A DNA stretch of 64,000 nt from the human T2T-CHM13v2.0 reference genome, Homo sapiens. The notes beneath the pieces were generated by a model that searched no databases, was not told where the DNA came from, and was given only the letters and a program-made list of their open reading frames with translations. Each line of letters starts with the position of its first letter. Positions within the stretch are counted from its first letter, which is position 1. A program made the position numbers and the translations under genes. The stretch lies in the NCBI RefSeq assembly GCF_009914755.1, contig NC_060947.1; one strand, given 5' to 3'. Positions 1-13,950 of this stretch are shown in pieces.

Positions 1-1058
1 AAAAGGAAAAAGCTTAGATCACAATACCCAAGTTATTTCAAATATCTGAAAAGCCTCTCAAAGAAGGACAAGTACAAACAAGGCCAGACAGTGAAGACTA
101 CAATAAATACCAAAATCTTCAATACCCAGACACCAAAGAACATCTACTAGCAACAACATCATCTAGGAAAACATGACCTCACCAAATAAACTAAATAATG
201 CACTAGGGAAAAACTTGGAGAAACAGAGATATGTGGTCTTTTAGATAGAGAATTCAAAATAGCTGTGTTGAGAAAATACAAAGAAATTAAAAATATAACA
301 CAGAGAAGACATTCAAAATTCTATCAGATAAATTTAACAAAGAGATTGAAATAATTTAAAAGAATTAAGCAGAAATTCTGGCGGTGAAAAACACAATTGG
401 TGGACTGAAGAATGCATCAGAGTCTTTTAATAGCACAATGGATCAAGCAGAAGAAAGAATTAGTGAGCTTGAAGACAGGTTAATTGAAAATATACCATCA
501 GAAGAGACAAAATGAAAAAGAATAATAAACAATAAGGCACACCTACAGAATCTAGAAAGCAGATCCAAAAGGGCAAATTAAGAGTTATTGGCCTTAAAGA
601 GAAGGTAGAGATAGATATAGGAGTACAAAGTTTATTCAAAGGGATAACAGAGAACTTCCCAAACATAGATAAATATATTAATATTCACATACAAGAAGAT
701 TATAGAACCCCAAGTCTATTTAACCCAAAGAAGCCTACCTCAAGGCATTTAATAATCCAAGTCCCAAAGATCAAGGATAAAGAAAGGATCCTAAAAGCAG
801 CAAGAGAAAAGAAACAAATAACATACAATGGAGCTCTAATACATCTGGCAGCAGACTTTTCTGTGGAAACTTTGCAGTCAGGAGAGTAGGATGACAAAGT
901 GAAAAACAAAAAGCAAAATACAAAACACTTTACCCTAGAATAGTATACCCAGTGAAAAAGTCCTTCAAACATGGAGACATATAGAAGTTCCCAGACAAAC
1001 GAAAGCTGAGGGATTTTATGAACACCAGACCTATCCTACAAGTAATGTTAAAAAGAGT

Positions 1059-1104
1059 ATTACTTTTAATGGCAAAAACTGCAATTACTTTTGCACCAAA
1101 CTAA
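1059..1104. mobile_element. Partial MADE1 (Hsmar1-derived MITE), one arm plus spacer
   Basis: ttacttttaatggcaaaaactgcaattacttttgcaccaaactaa matches the MADE1 TIR; TA on both sides. Confidence 0.85.
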
Positions 1105-1174
1105 TACTTAAGTTAGAATGAAAAGGATGTGAATGAACAATAAGTAATTACCTGAAGGTTTAAAACTCACTGGA

Positions 1175-1299
1175 TATATCTCCCAATGCTAGATGATGAG
1201 TTAGTGGGTGCAGCACACCAGCCTGGCACATGTATACATATGTAACTAACCTGCACATTGTGCACATGTACCCTAAAACTTTAAGTATAATAATAAAAA
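1175..1299 (+). mobile_element. Very short 5'-truncated young L1PA (L1PA2/3-like 3' end)
   Basis: ctagatgatgagttagtgggtgcagc...ccctaaaactttaagtataataataaaa; 13-bp TSD aaaactcactgga at 1162-1174 and 1300-1312; TT/AAAA site. Confidence 0.92.
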
Positions 1300-4200
1300 A
1301 AAACTCACTGGAAATAGTAACTACATACAAAATCACAGATTATTATAACACTGTAACTGTGAGATATAAACTACTCTTAAGTAGAAAGACTAAATGACGA
1401 ACTAATAAAAAATAACTTTTCAAGGCATAGACAGTACAATAAGATATAAACAGAAACAACAAAAAGTTAAAAAGCAAAAGGACATGTTAAGGCATCGAGT
1501 TTTTATCAGTTTTCTTTTTTTGTTTGTTTACGCACACAATAAGTGGTTATTTATCAGATTAAAATAATAAGTTATAAGAGAATTTGCAAGCTTCATGGCA
1601 ACCTCAATTGGAAAACATACATATATATGATATATGTATATGTTTATTATATATATATATCATATATATGATGAAAAGCAAAAAAAAAACCCTAAAACTA
1701 AATTATATCACAAGAGAAAATTACCATCACTGAATAAAGACATTACAACTGATAAGACAAAGTTTCAAAGGATCATCAATGGCTACTATGAGCAACTACG
1801 TGCAAATAAATTGGAAAATCTAAAGGAAATGGACAAATTCCTAGGCACATACAACCTACCAAGAGTGAGTCAGGAAGAAAGCCAACACGTGAACAGATCT
1901 ATAACAAGTAAGAAAATGAAAGTTATAATAAAAAGTGTCCCAGTAAAGAAAAGCCTGGGACCCAATGGCTTCACAGCAGAATTCTGCCAAACATTTAAAG
2001 AAGAACTAATACCAATGAAACTGAAGCTGTTAAAAAAATAGGGAAGCAGAGAATATTTCCAACCTTATTCCATAAGGCCAGTATTATACTGATAACAAAA
2101 CCAAAGACGTATAAAAAATAAAAAACTAGAGTCCAACATCTCTGATGAATACTTATGCAAAAATCCTCAACAAAATACTGGAAAACCCAACTTAAAAATG
2201 CATTAGAAAGGTCATCCATCATGACCAAGTGGGATTTATTCCTTGGATGCAAGGATAGTTCAATATATGCAAATCAATCAAGGTGCCACATTATATCCAC
2301 AGAATGAAGGATCAAAACCATACGATTATTTCAATTGATGCTGAAAAAGCATTTGATAAAGTTCAATGTCCCTTCATGATAAAAACCCTCTAGAAACTGG
2401 GTATAGAATGAATAAACCTCAACATAATAAAAGCTATATAGGACAAATCCACACCTAGAATCATACTGAATGTGGGAAAACTGGAAGTCTTTCCTCTAAG
2501 ATCTGGAAAACATCAAGGATACCATCTTTTATGGTTTTTCAACATAATACTAGTAGTTCTTCCTAGAGCAATCAGACAAGAGAAAGAAATTAAAGGGCAA
2601 CCAAATTGGAAAGGAAGAGATCTAATTATCCTTGTTTTCTGATGACATAATCTTATATCTGGAAAAAAACTAAAGACTCCACACATGCACAACAAAAACA
2701 TTAGAACCAATAAGCAAATTCAGTAAAGTGGCAGGATAAAAAAAATCTATGCACAAAAATAAGTAGCATTTTATATGCCAACAATGAACAATATGAAAAA
2801 GAAATAAAAAAGTAATCTCATTTATAATGCCACAAATAAAATTAACTAGGAATCAATTTAACCAAGGAAGTCAAAGATCTCTATATTGCAAACAGTAAAA
2901 CACTGATGAAAGAAATTGAAAAGCATACAAGAATATGGAAAGATGGAAAGATATTCCACGTTTATAAATTGGAAGAATTAATATTGATAAAATGTCCATG
3001 CTATGCAACGCAATCTACAAATTCAATGCAATCTCTATCTAAGTTCCAACGACATTCTTCACAGAAATAGAGAAAAGCATTTAGAAAATATATAGGGAAC
3101 TACAAAAGACCCAGAAGAGTCACAGTTATCCTAAGCAAAAGGAACAAAACTGGGGGAATGACATTACCTGATTTCAAATTACGTTGCATAGCCATAACAA
3201 AATCTGATGAAGATAGAGAGTATATTGGTATTTTTATGACAGTGTCATAGTGTAACCAAAACAGCATGACACTGGCATAAAAACAGACACATAGAGCAAT
3301 GGAACAGAATAGAAAACCCAGAAATAAATCCACACACCTACAGTGAACTCATTTTTGACAAAGGTGCCAAGAACATACACTGGGGAAAAACAGTCTTTTA
3401 AATAAATGATGCTGATAAAACTGAATATCCATATGCAGAAGAATGAAACTGGACCCCTATCTGTTGCCATATACAAAAATCAAATCAAAATGAATTGAAG
3501 ACTTAATGTAAGATGTTAAACTATGAACCTTGTACAACAAAACTTTGGGAAACTCTCCAGAACATCGATCTGGGCAAAAATTTCTTGATCATAAACCCAT
3601 AAACCCAGGCAATCCTACAAAATGGACAACTGGGATTATATCAAGTTAAGAATCTTCTGCACAGCAAAATAAACAATCAACAAAGTGAAAGGACAACCCA
3701 TAGAATGGGAGAATATATCTGCAAACTACCAATCTGACAAGAAATTAATAACCAAAATATATAAGCAGCACAAACAACTGTATAAGAAAAAAATTAATAA
3801 TCCAATAAAAAACCAGGCAATATATTTGAATAGACATTTCTCAAAAGAAGACATAAAAATGGCAAATATGCAACTAAATAGGTGCTCAACATAATTGATT
3901 ATAAGAGAACTTTTAATAAAACTACAGTAAGATCACCTCACCCCAGTTAAAATGGCTTATATCTAAAAACAAGCAATAACAAATGTTGGCATGGGTAAAA
4001 GGGATCCCTTGGTACACTGTTGGTGGGAATGTAAATTAGCATAACCAATATGGAGAACAATTTGGAGGTTCCTCAAAATAACTGTATAACCTATAACCAT
4101 ATAACCTAGCAATCCCACTCCTGGGCATACACCCCCCTCAAACAGAAAATTATTATATCAGACAGATACGTGCACTTCCATGTTTGTTGCAGCATTGTTT

Positions 4201-5437
4201 AAAATAGCTAAGATTTGGAGGCATCCTAGGTGTTCATCAACAGAGGAATAGATAAAGAAAATGTGGTACATATATACAATGGAGTATTATTCAGCCATAC
4301 AAGAGTGAAATTCAGTCATTTGTAACAACATGGATGAAACTGGAAGTCGTTATTTAAAGAGAAATATGCTAGGCACACAAAGACAAACATCACATGTTCC
4401 CACTTATTTGTGGGATCTAACAATAAAAACAATTGAATTCCAGGAATTAAATCGTGACCCTGTAGTTCCATAATTGATGTTTGTGTTTGGTTTGTTGTAA
4501 ATATAAATTAACTCCATTTTGAGATATATCAATTTTACAGTTTCTTTTAAAAGCCAATAAAAGTATCCATAAATATTTATTATAAAAATGAATTAATGGA
4601 CATAGAGAATAGAAGAATGTTACAAAAGCTGGGAAGGGTAGTGTGGAGGGGACATGGAGATTGTTAATGGTTACAAAATAATGGTTTGAAAGAATAAATA
4701 AGACCTAGTATTTGATAGCACAATAGGGTGATTATAGTCAATAATAAGTTAACTGTGCATTTCAAAATGTTATAAGGTATAATTGGACTGTTTTTACCTC
4801 ATAGGATAAATGATTTATGTAAAGGATCCCCCATTTCCATGATGTAATTATTTTATATTGCATGCCTGTATCAAACATCTCATGTGCCCTATACATTTAT
4901 ATACCTACTATGTTCCCACAAAAATTAAAAATTAAAAAAATTAAAATAAGATATTTTAAAATACATTTTTGTATGTTTTCGTTCACTTGCTGCTCTCCTT
5001 CATGATCTCTGGTAACTACCAATATGCTCTCTATCTTCATGAGATTCACTTTTTTAGCTTCTTTATAATTACATTTTATAGTTGCTTTTATTTTAAAATC
5101 AATTTTGGTAATATGTATCCTTTAATAAAAGTTGTCATATATTTCAAATATATTGGCTAATAGTTGTTCATTATAGCTCTCATGATTCTTTTAATGGTTA
5201 TTTGTATTTAAATAATTGTTTCATAATTAGTGTTATTTAATTATACTGTCTCTCAGTCATTTTAAACAATATTGACATTATTTTTTCTATTTCTTTTTTT
5301 AATTTTTATTATAAGTTCAGGAGCACATGTGCAGGTTTGTTACACAGGTAAAATGTTTCATGGGGTTTGTTGTACAGATTATGTCATCACCAAGGTATTA
5401 AGCCTAGTACCCATTAGTTATTATTTCCAATCTTCTT

Positions 5438-5850
5438 TGTATTAGTTCATTTTCATACTGTTACAGAGAACTGTTCAAGACTGGGTAATTCATAAAGGAA
5501 AGAGGTTTAATTGGCAAACAGTTCTGCATGACTGGGGAGGCTTCAGGAAACTTACAATCACGGCAGAAGGTGAAGAGTAAGCAAGGTACCTTCTTTACAA
5601 GGCAGCAGGAAGAAAAAGTGCCAAGTGAAGGGAATTGAGCCCCTTATAAAACCACCAAATCTCGTGAGAACACACTATCATGAGAACAGCATGAAGAAAG
5701 ACACCCCTATTATTCAGTTACCTCCACCTGGTCTCTCCCTTGACATGCGGGGATTATGGGAATTACGGGGATTACGATTCAAGATGATATTTTGGTGAGG
5801 ACACAAAGCATAACCACATCATTCTGTCCACGGCCCCTTCCAAATCTCAT
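5438..5850 (-). mobile_element. MSTA-like MaLR LTR (5438-5821) plus ~30 bp internal polypurine-tract end
   Basis: tgtattagttcattttc...ggcttcaggaaacttacaatcacggcagaagg...accacatca then ttctgtccacggccccttccaaatctcat. Confidence 0.85.
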
Positions 5851-7980
5851 CCTCCTCCTATCCTCCAACCTCCAATAGTCCCCAGTGTGCATTATTCTCC
5901 TTTATGTGTCCAATTGTTCTTATCATTTAGCTCCCATTTAAAAGTGCGAAAAAGCAATGTTTGGTTTTCTGTTCCTGTGTTAGTTTGTTAAGGATAATTA
6001 CCTCCAGCTCCAACCATGTCCCTGCAAAGAACATAATTATGTTCTATTTTATGGCTACATAGTATTCCACGGTGTAATGTGTACCACATTTTCTTTATCC
6101 AGTCTATCATTGATGGGCATTTAATTTCATGTATTTGCTATTATGAATAGTGATGGAATGAGCATACATGTGCATGTGTCTTTATAATAAAATGACCTAT
6201 ATTTTGGAGGGCATATACCCAGTAATGGGACTGCTGTGTTGAATGGTATTTCTCTCTTTAGGTCTCTGAGGAATCAAAACACTGTCTTCCACAATGGTTG
6301 AACTAAGCTACACTCCCACCAACAGTGTATACGCATTCCTTTTTCTCCACAACCCCGCCAGCATCTATTATTTTTTTACTTTTTGATAATAGCCATTCTG
6401 ACTGCTGTGAGATGGTAACTTATTTTGATTTTGATTTGCATTTCTGTAATGATCAGTGATGTTGAACTTTTATTCATATGATTGTTGGCCACATGAATGA
6501 CACTTTTCTTTTGAAAAGTGTCTGTTTATGACTTTTACCCATTTGTTTATGGCATTTTTTTTCTTTTGAATTTAAGTTCCTTACAGATGCTGGATATTAC
6601 ACCTTTGTCAGATAGATAGTTTGCAAAAAGTTTCTCCCACTATGTATGTTGTGTAGTTTACTCTAAATTTCTTTTCCTGTTCAGAAGCTCTTTACCTTAA
6701 TTAGGTTCTGCTTGTCAATTTTTGCTTTTCTTGAAATTGCTTTTGGCATCTTCATCATAAAATCTTTACCCGTGCCTAAGTCCTGAATGGTACTGCCTAG
6801 GTTGTTTTCTAGGGCTTTTCATTTTGGGTTTTACATTTAAGTCTTTAATCTATCTTGAGTTGATTTTTGTATATGGGGCAAGGAAAGGATCCAGTTTCAA
6901 TCTTCTCCATATGGCTTGCCAGTTATTCTATTACAGTACCATTTATTGAGTAGGAAATTCTTTCTCCATTGCTTGTTTTTGTCAGGTCTGTCAAAGATCA
7001 GATAACTGTAGGTGTATGGTCTTATTTTTGGGTTTTCTGCTCTGTTCCATTGGTCTGTGTGCCTGTTTTTTGCACCAGTACCATGCTATTTTGGTTACTG
7101 TAGCCCTGCGGTATAGTTTAAGGTCAGGTAGCATAATGCCTCCAGCTTTGTTATTCTTGCTTATAATTGATTTGAATGTTTTGGTTCTTTTTGGGTTCAT
7201 GTGAATTTTACAATAGTTTTTTTTTCTATCCTGTGAAGAATGTCAATTGTGGTTTAACAGAAATAGCATTAAATCAATAATTGCTTTGGGCAGTCTGGCC
7301 ACTTTAATGATATTGATTTTTCTTATCCATGAGCATGGAATGTGTTTTCATTTGTTTGTGTCATCTCTGATTTCTCTGGGCAAAATGGTTTGTGGTTCTT
7401 TTTGTAGACATCTTTCACCTCCCCACTTAGCTGTGTTCCTAGGTATATTTATTCTTTTTGTGGCAATTGTGAAGGAGTGTGTTCCTGATTTGATTCTTGG
7501 CTTGACTTCTGATGGTGCATAGGAATGCTAGTGATTTTTGCACATTGATTTTGCATTTTGAGACTTTGTTGAAGTTGCTCAGTAGCTTAAGAACTTTTGG
7601 AGGGAGACTATGGGGTTTTCTAGATAATAGGATCACGTCATCTGTAAACAGGAATAGTTTCACTTACTCTCTTCCTATTTGGATGCACTTTCTTTCTTTC
7701 TCTTGCCTGACTGTCCTGGCCAGGACTTCCAACAGTAAGTTGAATAGGAGTGGTGAAAGAGGGCAACCTTGTCTTCTGCCAGTTTTCAAGGGTAAAGCTC
7801 CCAGCATTAGCCCATTCAGTGTGATACTGGCTATAGGTTTGTCATGGATGGCTCTTATTATTTTGAGATCTGTTTCTTCAATACCTGGCTTATTGAGAGA
7901 TTTTTAGCGTGACAGGGTGTAGAATTTTATCAAAAGCCATTTCTACATCTATTGAGATATTGATGTGGTTTTTGTCTTTA

Positions 7981-8094
<114 letters not shown>

Positions 8095-11000
8095 TTAGGT
8101 TGCCGTATTTTGTTGAGAATTTTTGCATCAATGTTCATCAAGGCTATTGACCTGAAGTTTTCTTTATGTTGTGTCTCTGCCAGGTTTCAGTGTCAGAATG
8201 ATGTTGGCCTTATAGAATAAATTAGGGAGGAGTCCTTCCCTATCAGTTTTTTGGAATAGTTTCAGGAGGAATAGTACCAGCTCTTCTTTGTACCTCTGGT
8301 AGAATTTAGCTGTAAATTCATCTGTTCCTGGGCTTTTTTTGGTTGGTAGGCTATTTATTACTGCCTCAATTTTAGAGCTCATAATTGGTCTGTTCAGTGA
8401 TTCAATTTCTTCCTTGTTCAGTACTGGCATAGTGTGTGTGTCCAGGAATTTATGCATTTCTTCTCCCAGATTTTGTTGTTTATGCTCAAAAGGTGTTCAT
8501 AATATTCTCTGATGGCTGTTTGTATTTCTGTGGGGTCAGTGGTAATATCTCTTTTGTCATTTTTGATTGTGTTTATCTGAATCTTCTCTCTTATATATTA
8601 GTCAAGCTAGTGGTCTATTTTATTTTTTTTTCAAAAAAACAACTCTTGGATTCATCAACCTTTGTAATGGTTTCTTTTTGTCTTAATCTTCAGATCAACT
8701 CTGATTTTGGTTATTTTTTTTTTTTTTGGTCTTCTGCTAGATTTGTGATTTGTTTGCTCTTTGTTATCTAGTTATGCTAGCTGTGAAGATAGATTTTTAA
8801 CTTGAGATCCTTCTAACTTTTTGTTGTGGGCATTTAGTGCTATAAATTTTCCTGTTAACACTGCCTTAGCTGTGTCCCAAAGACTCTGGTATGTTGTATC
8901 TTTGTTCTTGTTAGTTTCAAAGAACTTCTTGATTTCCACCTTAATTTCATTATTTACCCAAAAGTTACTGAGGAGCAGGTTATTAAATTTCCATGTGATT
9001 GTATGGTTTTAAGTGAATGTCTTAGTCTTGATTTCTAATTTGATTGCATTGTGATCCAAGAGACTGTTATAATTGTAGTTATTTTCTATTTTCTGAGGAG
9101 TGTTTTACTTCTGATTATGGAATTAATTTTAGAGTATGTGCCACATGGCAATGAGATGAATGTATATTCTGCTTTTTGGGGGTGGTTAGTTCTGTAGACA
9201 TCTATCAGGTCCATTTAATCCAGTGCTGAGTTCAAGTACTGAATCTTTCTGTCTCAATGATCTGTGTAATATTGTCAGTGGATTGTTAAAGTCTTCCGCT
9301 ATTACTGTGTGGGAGTCTAAGTCTCTTTGAATAACTGTAAGAATTGGCTTTATGAATCTGGGTGCTCCCGTGTTGGGTGCATATATATTTAGGATAATTG
9401 AATCTTCTTGTTTCATTGAACCCTTTACCATTATGTAATGCCCTTTGTGTTTTTTTTAATCTTTGTTGGTTTAAATTCTGCTTTGTCAAAAACTAGGCTT
9501 GCAATCCCTCCTTTTTTCCTGTTTTATATTTGCTTGGTAGATTTTTATTCATTCCTTTATTTTGAGCCTATGTGTGTCATTGCAAGTGAGATGGGTCCCT
9601 TGAAGTTAGAATACTTAATGACTCTTAGTTCTCTATCCAGCTTGCCACTCTGTTTCTTTCTGTGTCTTCTAATTGGGGCATTTTGCCCACTTACATTTAA
9701 GGTTAGTATTGATATGTGTGGATTTGATCCTGTCACTATGATATTAGCTGGTTATTCTGCAGACTTGTTCATGTGGTTGCTCTATAGTGTCACCTGTTTA
9801 TGTACTTCAGTGTGTTTTCGTAGTGGCTGGTAACAATAGTTCCTTTCCATATTTAGTGTTTCCTTTGGGAGCTCTTGTAAGGCAGGTCTGATGGTAACAA
9901 ATTCCCTCAGCATTTGCTTATTTGAAGAGGATTTTATTTATTTTTTGCTTATGAAGCCATTTTGGCCACCTATAAAATTCTAGGTTGGAATTGCTTTTAT
10001 TTAAGAATGTTGAATGTTGGCCCCCAATTTCTTCTGGATTATAGGGTTTCAGCTGAGAGGTTCACTGTTAGTCTGATCAGCTTCCCTTTGTAGGTGACCC
10101 GGTCTTTCTTTCTAAAATTTTTACTTTCATTTCAACTTTGGAGAATCTGATGATTATGTGACTTGGGAACAATCTTCTTGTGAAGTATCTTACTGAGGTT
10201 CCCTGCATTTCTGGAATTTGAATGTTGGCCTCTTTGGCTAGGTTAGGCAAGATCTCAAGGATGATATTCTGTAATATGTTTTCCAAGTTGGTTTCATTCT
10301 CCCCATCTTTTTCAGACATATCAGTCAGTCATAAATTGAATCCCTTTACAAATCCCGTATTTCTCAGAGGTTTTTTTTCCTTTCCATTCTTTTTCTGTAT
10401 TATTGTCTGTCTGTCTTATTTCAGAAAGCCAGTCTTCAAGTGCAGAGATTATTTCCTCTGCTTGGTTTATTCTGCTATTAATACTTGTGATTGCATTATT
10501 AAATTCTTGTAGTATGTTTTTCAGCTCTATCAGGTTGATCATGTTCTTCTCAATACTGGCTATTTTGTCTGTAAACTCCTGCCATATTTTATCATGATTT
10601 TTAACTTCCTTACCTTGTGTTACAACATTCTCCTGTAGCTCAAATAACTTGGTTCCTATAAATATTCTGATTTCTATTTCTGTCATTTCAGCCATCTGAG
10701 CCTCAGCCTAGTTCTGAACCCTTTCTGGAGAGGTGATGCAGTCATTTGGCAAAAAGAAGGCACTCTGGCTTTTGGGTTTTCAGCATTTTTGCAATGATTC
10801 TTTTTTGTCTTTGTGGTCTTATCTACCTTTAATTTTTTAGGTTGCTGGCCTTTGGATGGGACTTTTAATCCTATTCAATGACCTTCAGGGTTTGATTGTG
10901 GCATAAAGTGGATTCAGCCAACTGGCTTCATTACTGGGAGATGTTAGGGGCCAACACTCAGCTCCCAACTCCTAGACTGCATGTTCCAACTCTGGGGGAT

Positions 11001-12179
11001 TTATATTGGGCCTCAGCTTTGTTCTCTGGCTTTTCAAGGTTTGGAGTCCACTGTGCTGGTGGGGGGCTGATGTGCAGCAGGTGCAGCAGAGTGTTAGCAG
11101 ATACAGGGATGCCTTCCTTTGGGTATTCACCACAGTGGCAGAGGCAAGGCAGCCAGCGGTGGAAGCTGAAGGCCCCTGCTGGAGACTGTGGGCTGTTGCA
11201 CTGCAGGTGGTGTTGGCTTGGGACAGCACGGGTCTTGGTGCCTTCTCTCCGCCCTGCAAGCAAGAGTGATCACTCAGTGTGTGGGAGGATCTGCTGTTCT
11301 CTGTGCAGCATTAGCACAAGGGCAGGGCAATGGGCGGGGAGAGGCTTGCTGGCTCTTTGCCTGCCAAGGCTCTCTCTGCAATGGCAGTTGGTGGGGTTGT
11401 GGGGGTGTATTGCACTCCTGCATGCTGGTGGAGCAAGTAAAGCAAAACCCGCCCTTGCAGACACTCACCAGAAAACTGATGTGGGAAGTTGCCATGAGCT
11501 TGGGGAAAACTGCAGTATGGGGCAGGGTTGGGGGTTGGGTATGCAGGCTCATGTGGGGCGGTGAGGGCTGCCTCACTTGAGCTCTACGCTAGTCAGGCAC
11601 CATCTGCTGGTGCAGACGCTATGATGTGGGCCCCCAGGACACTTGAGACTGACCTGTATGCAGGCATGGTCATGCTGGGGCCCTGGAAGAGGCCATCAGA
11701 CAAAGGAGTGCTAGGTCAGAGCAGCCCGGTCTGATGTGCAAGACAACTGCAGAGATCAGATCCAACAGTTCTGCTAAGGCTAAAGTTTCTTACTTACGTG
11801 AGCAAGTTGAGCCTAGGGGGATGGCCATACCTGGCTGTGCTCCACTACAAACACTCCTGCACCAAACCCTCTGGGCTCCACATCAGCTGGCTTGCTGCCC
11901 CACCACTTTACTTGTTTCCTGGTGGCTCCACTCTAGAGAGATGTGGTTCAATTAGCCCAGGATGGAAGGTTTGTGTTGTGGGCCTTAGCCAGGGATTCCC
12001 TGTCTGGTGATGAGCAGTAGCAGGTATGTGGGACCTTATCATGGGAGATGGACTGGCCTCCTCTCCTTGGGTCGACTGTAGCTTGTTGGAAGTGAGTATA
12101 AGGTACTTAAGGTCTCCGCTCCTTTGTTAGTCCCAGGGTAGCAAGGATAGTTTCACTGCAGAGGCAGTGACAGAGAGGC

Positions 12180-13050
12180 TTTCATTTGCTCCTGGAAGCT
12201 CTGTCCAGGGAGTTGCTGAGTTGCTACTGGTTAATAGCTCTTGTGGAGGGTGGCTAGAGGCCCAGGCCTGGAAGACCTGCCTGGTAAGGAAATATGGAAA
12301 TGGGCACCCATTTAACTGTTTGGCTACTTTTCCTAGGGCGGCTGTGGTATGGTGAGGGTTCACTCCAGTCCCTAATTGCCCCTGCTTTTCCAGTACCTGG
12401 AGATATCACCAGTGAAGGCTGCAAAACAGCATAGATGGCAGCCTGCCCTTCCCTCTGGGAGCTCCATCCAAGGCAGGTTTCAAAGCTGTGTCAGCTGGAG
12501 AACAACAGTGTGGGTGGCTGGAGGCCCCAGTTGGGAGGTCCTGCCCAGTGAGGAGGAACGGGTTTGGGGGCATGCTTTAATAAGCAGTCTGGCCACATTT
12601 TTGTAGAGCAGCTGTGTTGTGCTAGGGGCCTGTCTCCATCCCCCTGTCACCTTGGACTCTCTAAAGCCCGAAGGCTGGAAGAGCTAAGTTGCCCAAACAG
12701 CCAAGATGGCAGCCTGCCCCTTTTGCTGGGAGCCCCATCCCAGAGAGATTTCAAATCTGTGTCAGCTAGAGGACATTTGTGGGGGTGGCTGGAGGCTCCA
12801 TATTGAAGGTTCTGCCAAGTAAGGAGGAATGATGTTGGGGACCCACTTTAGAAAGCAGTTTGGTCACATTTTCACACAGCAGCTTTGTGCTGTGTTGGGG
12901 GACTGACTCTGTCGCTGGATCGTCTTGGACTCTCCAAAGGCTGGAATGGCTAAGATGTCCAAACAGCAAAGATAGTGGCCTGCTTCTCCCACTGAGATCT
13001 CTGTCTCAGAGAGGTGTAACAGTGCTACCAGTGGCTGGCTGGAATTTCAA
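12180..13050 (-). repeat. Diverged ~270-bp tandem monomers in the L1 5'UTR
   Basis: aaacagc..agat(g/a)g..gcctgc motif at 12424, 12695 and 12961, with downstream similarity. Confidence 0.8.
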
Positions 13051-13950
13051 GTCAGTGAGTCTTATCCTGTAAGATGCCATGGAAATAGGGCTGCTCAGCA
13101 CCCTGGATTCAGCATCTTTCCTAGCAGTATGGATGGGAGTCTCCCATGAAGCTTTGCCAGACTTGCAGCTACTTTTTCCAGGAGGCCCAGAAACCCCAAG
13201 TATCTGAGGCTCCTGGGTCTCTGCACATGCCTGAGCAGCTGCTCTGCTGAGACTTCATGTAGTTCTGTGTGTCAGAATGAAGGCCCTGGTGAAGTGGGTT
13301 TATGAGGGGATCTCTCTCATACACTTTGTGACTTGAAGGTTGCAAATATCCATAGGAGAAGTGTAGGTTTCTGAGTTTGCACATTCACTTGCTACTTCCC
13401 TAGGTGGTGGAGATTCCTTTGGCTCTGTGTCACTCCTGCATGGGCTGACATTCTCCCTCATTTTTCTCTCTTTTCCATGTGGTCAAGTTGTTTCCTTGAT
13501 TAGTCCCAATGCAAGTACCTGGATGTTTCCATTAAAGGTATTGTATTTACTCACCCCTTCTATTCCTCTCTATGAGAGCCATGCACACTAGCTGCCTCTA
13601 GTCAGCCATCTTGGTCCCCTCCCCTTTGTCTATTTCTATAAGTATTTTAAAGAACCCACTTGATTTCATTGAGATGTATTACAAATTACTACATAGACTA
13701 TCACATGACTTCAAAGTTAACTGAAAAACAATTAATTATGTATTCTGTTTGCTTATTTTTTGAATTTCTTCCTAAATATATTTTCCTATTAACATTAGCT
13801 AATATACATTTAGGACATCTATATTATATGCATTTAAAACATGATTATCATTAACAGTAGAGGATATACATCCCCATTTTAAAAACTCTTTTCAACAATT
13901 TCAAATATTTTATATTTGGCTGACTTATAAGGGACAATTAGATCTTCTTC

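Larger units (their letters stand above)
1..4950 (+). mobile_element. Old LINE-1 (L1MA1-3-like), decayed ORF1, internally deleted ORF2 and 3'UTR
   Basis: ORF1-like region ~150-1150; ORF2 motifs ([18 protein letters not shown] in ORF 1634-2041); L1MA-type 3'UTR (gacctagtatttgatagcacaatagggtg) and A-rich tail ~4920-4950. Confidence 0.9.

Noticed and set aside
10896-13384. Dense cluster of ORFs including a 222-aa one
   Set aside because: Lies in the GC-richer L1 5'UTR, is open on both strands and has no recognisable domains; stop-codon scarcity explains it
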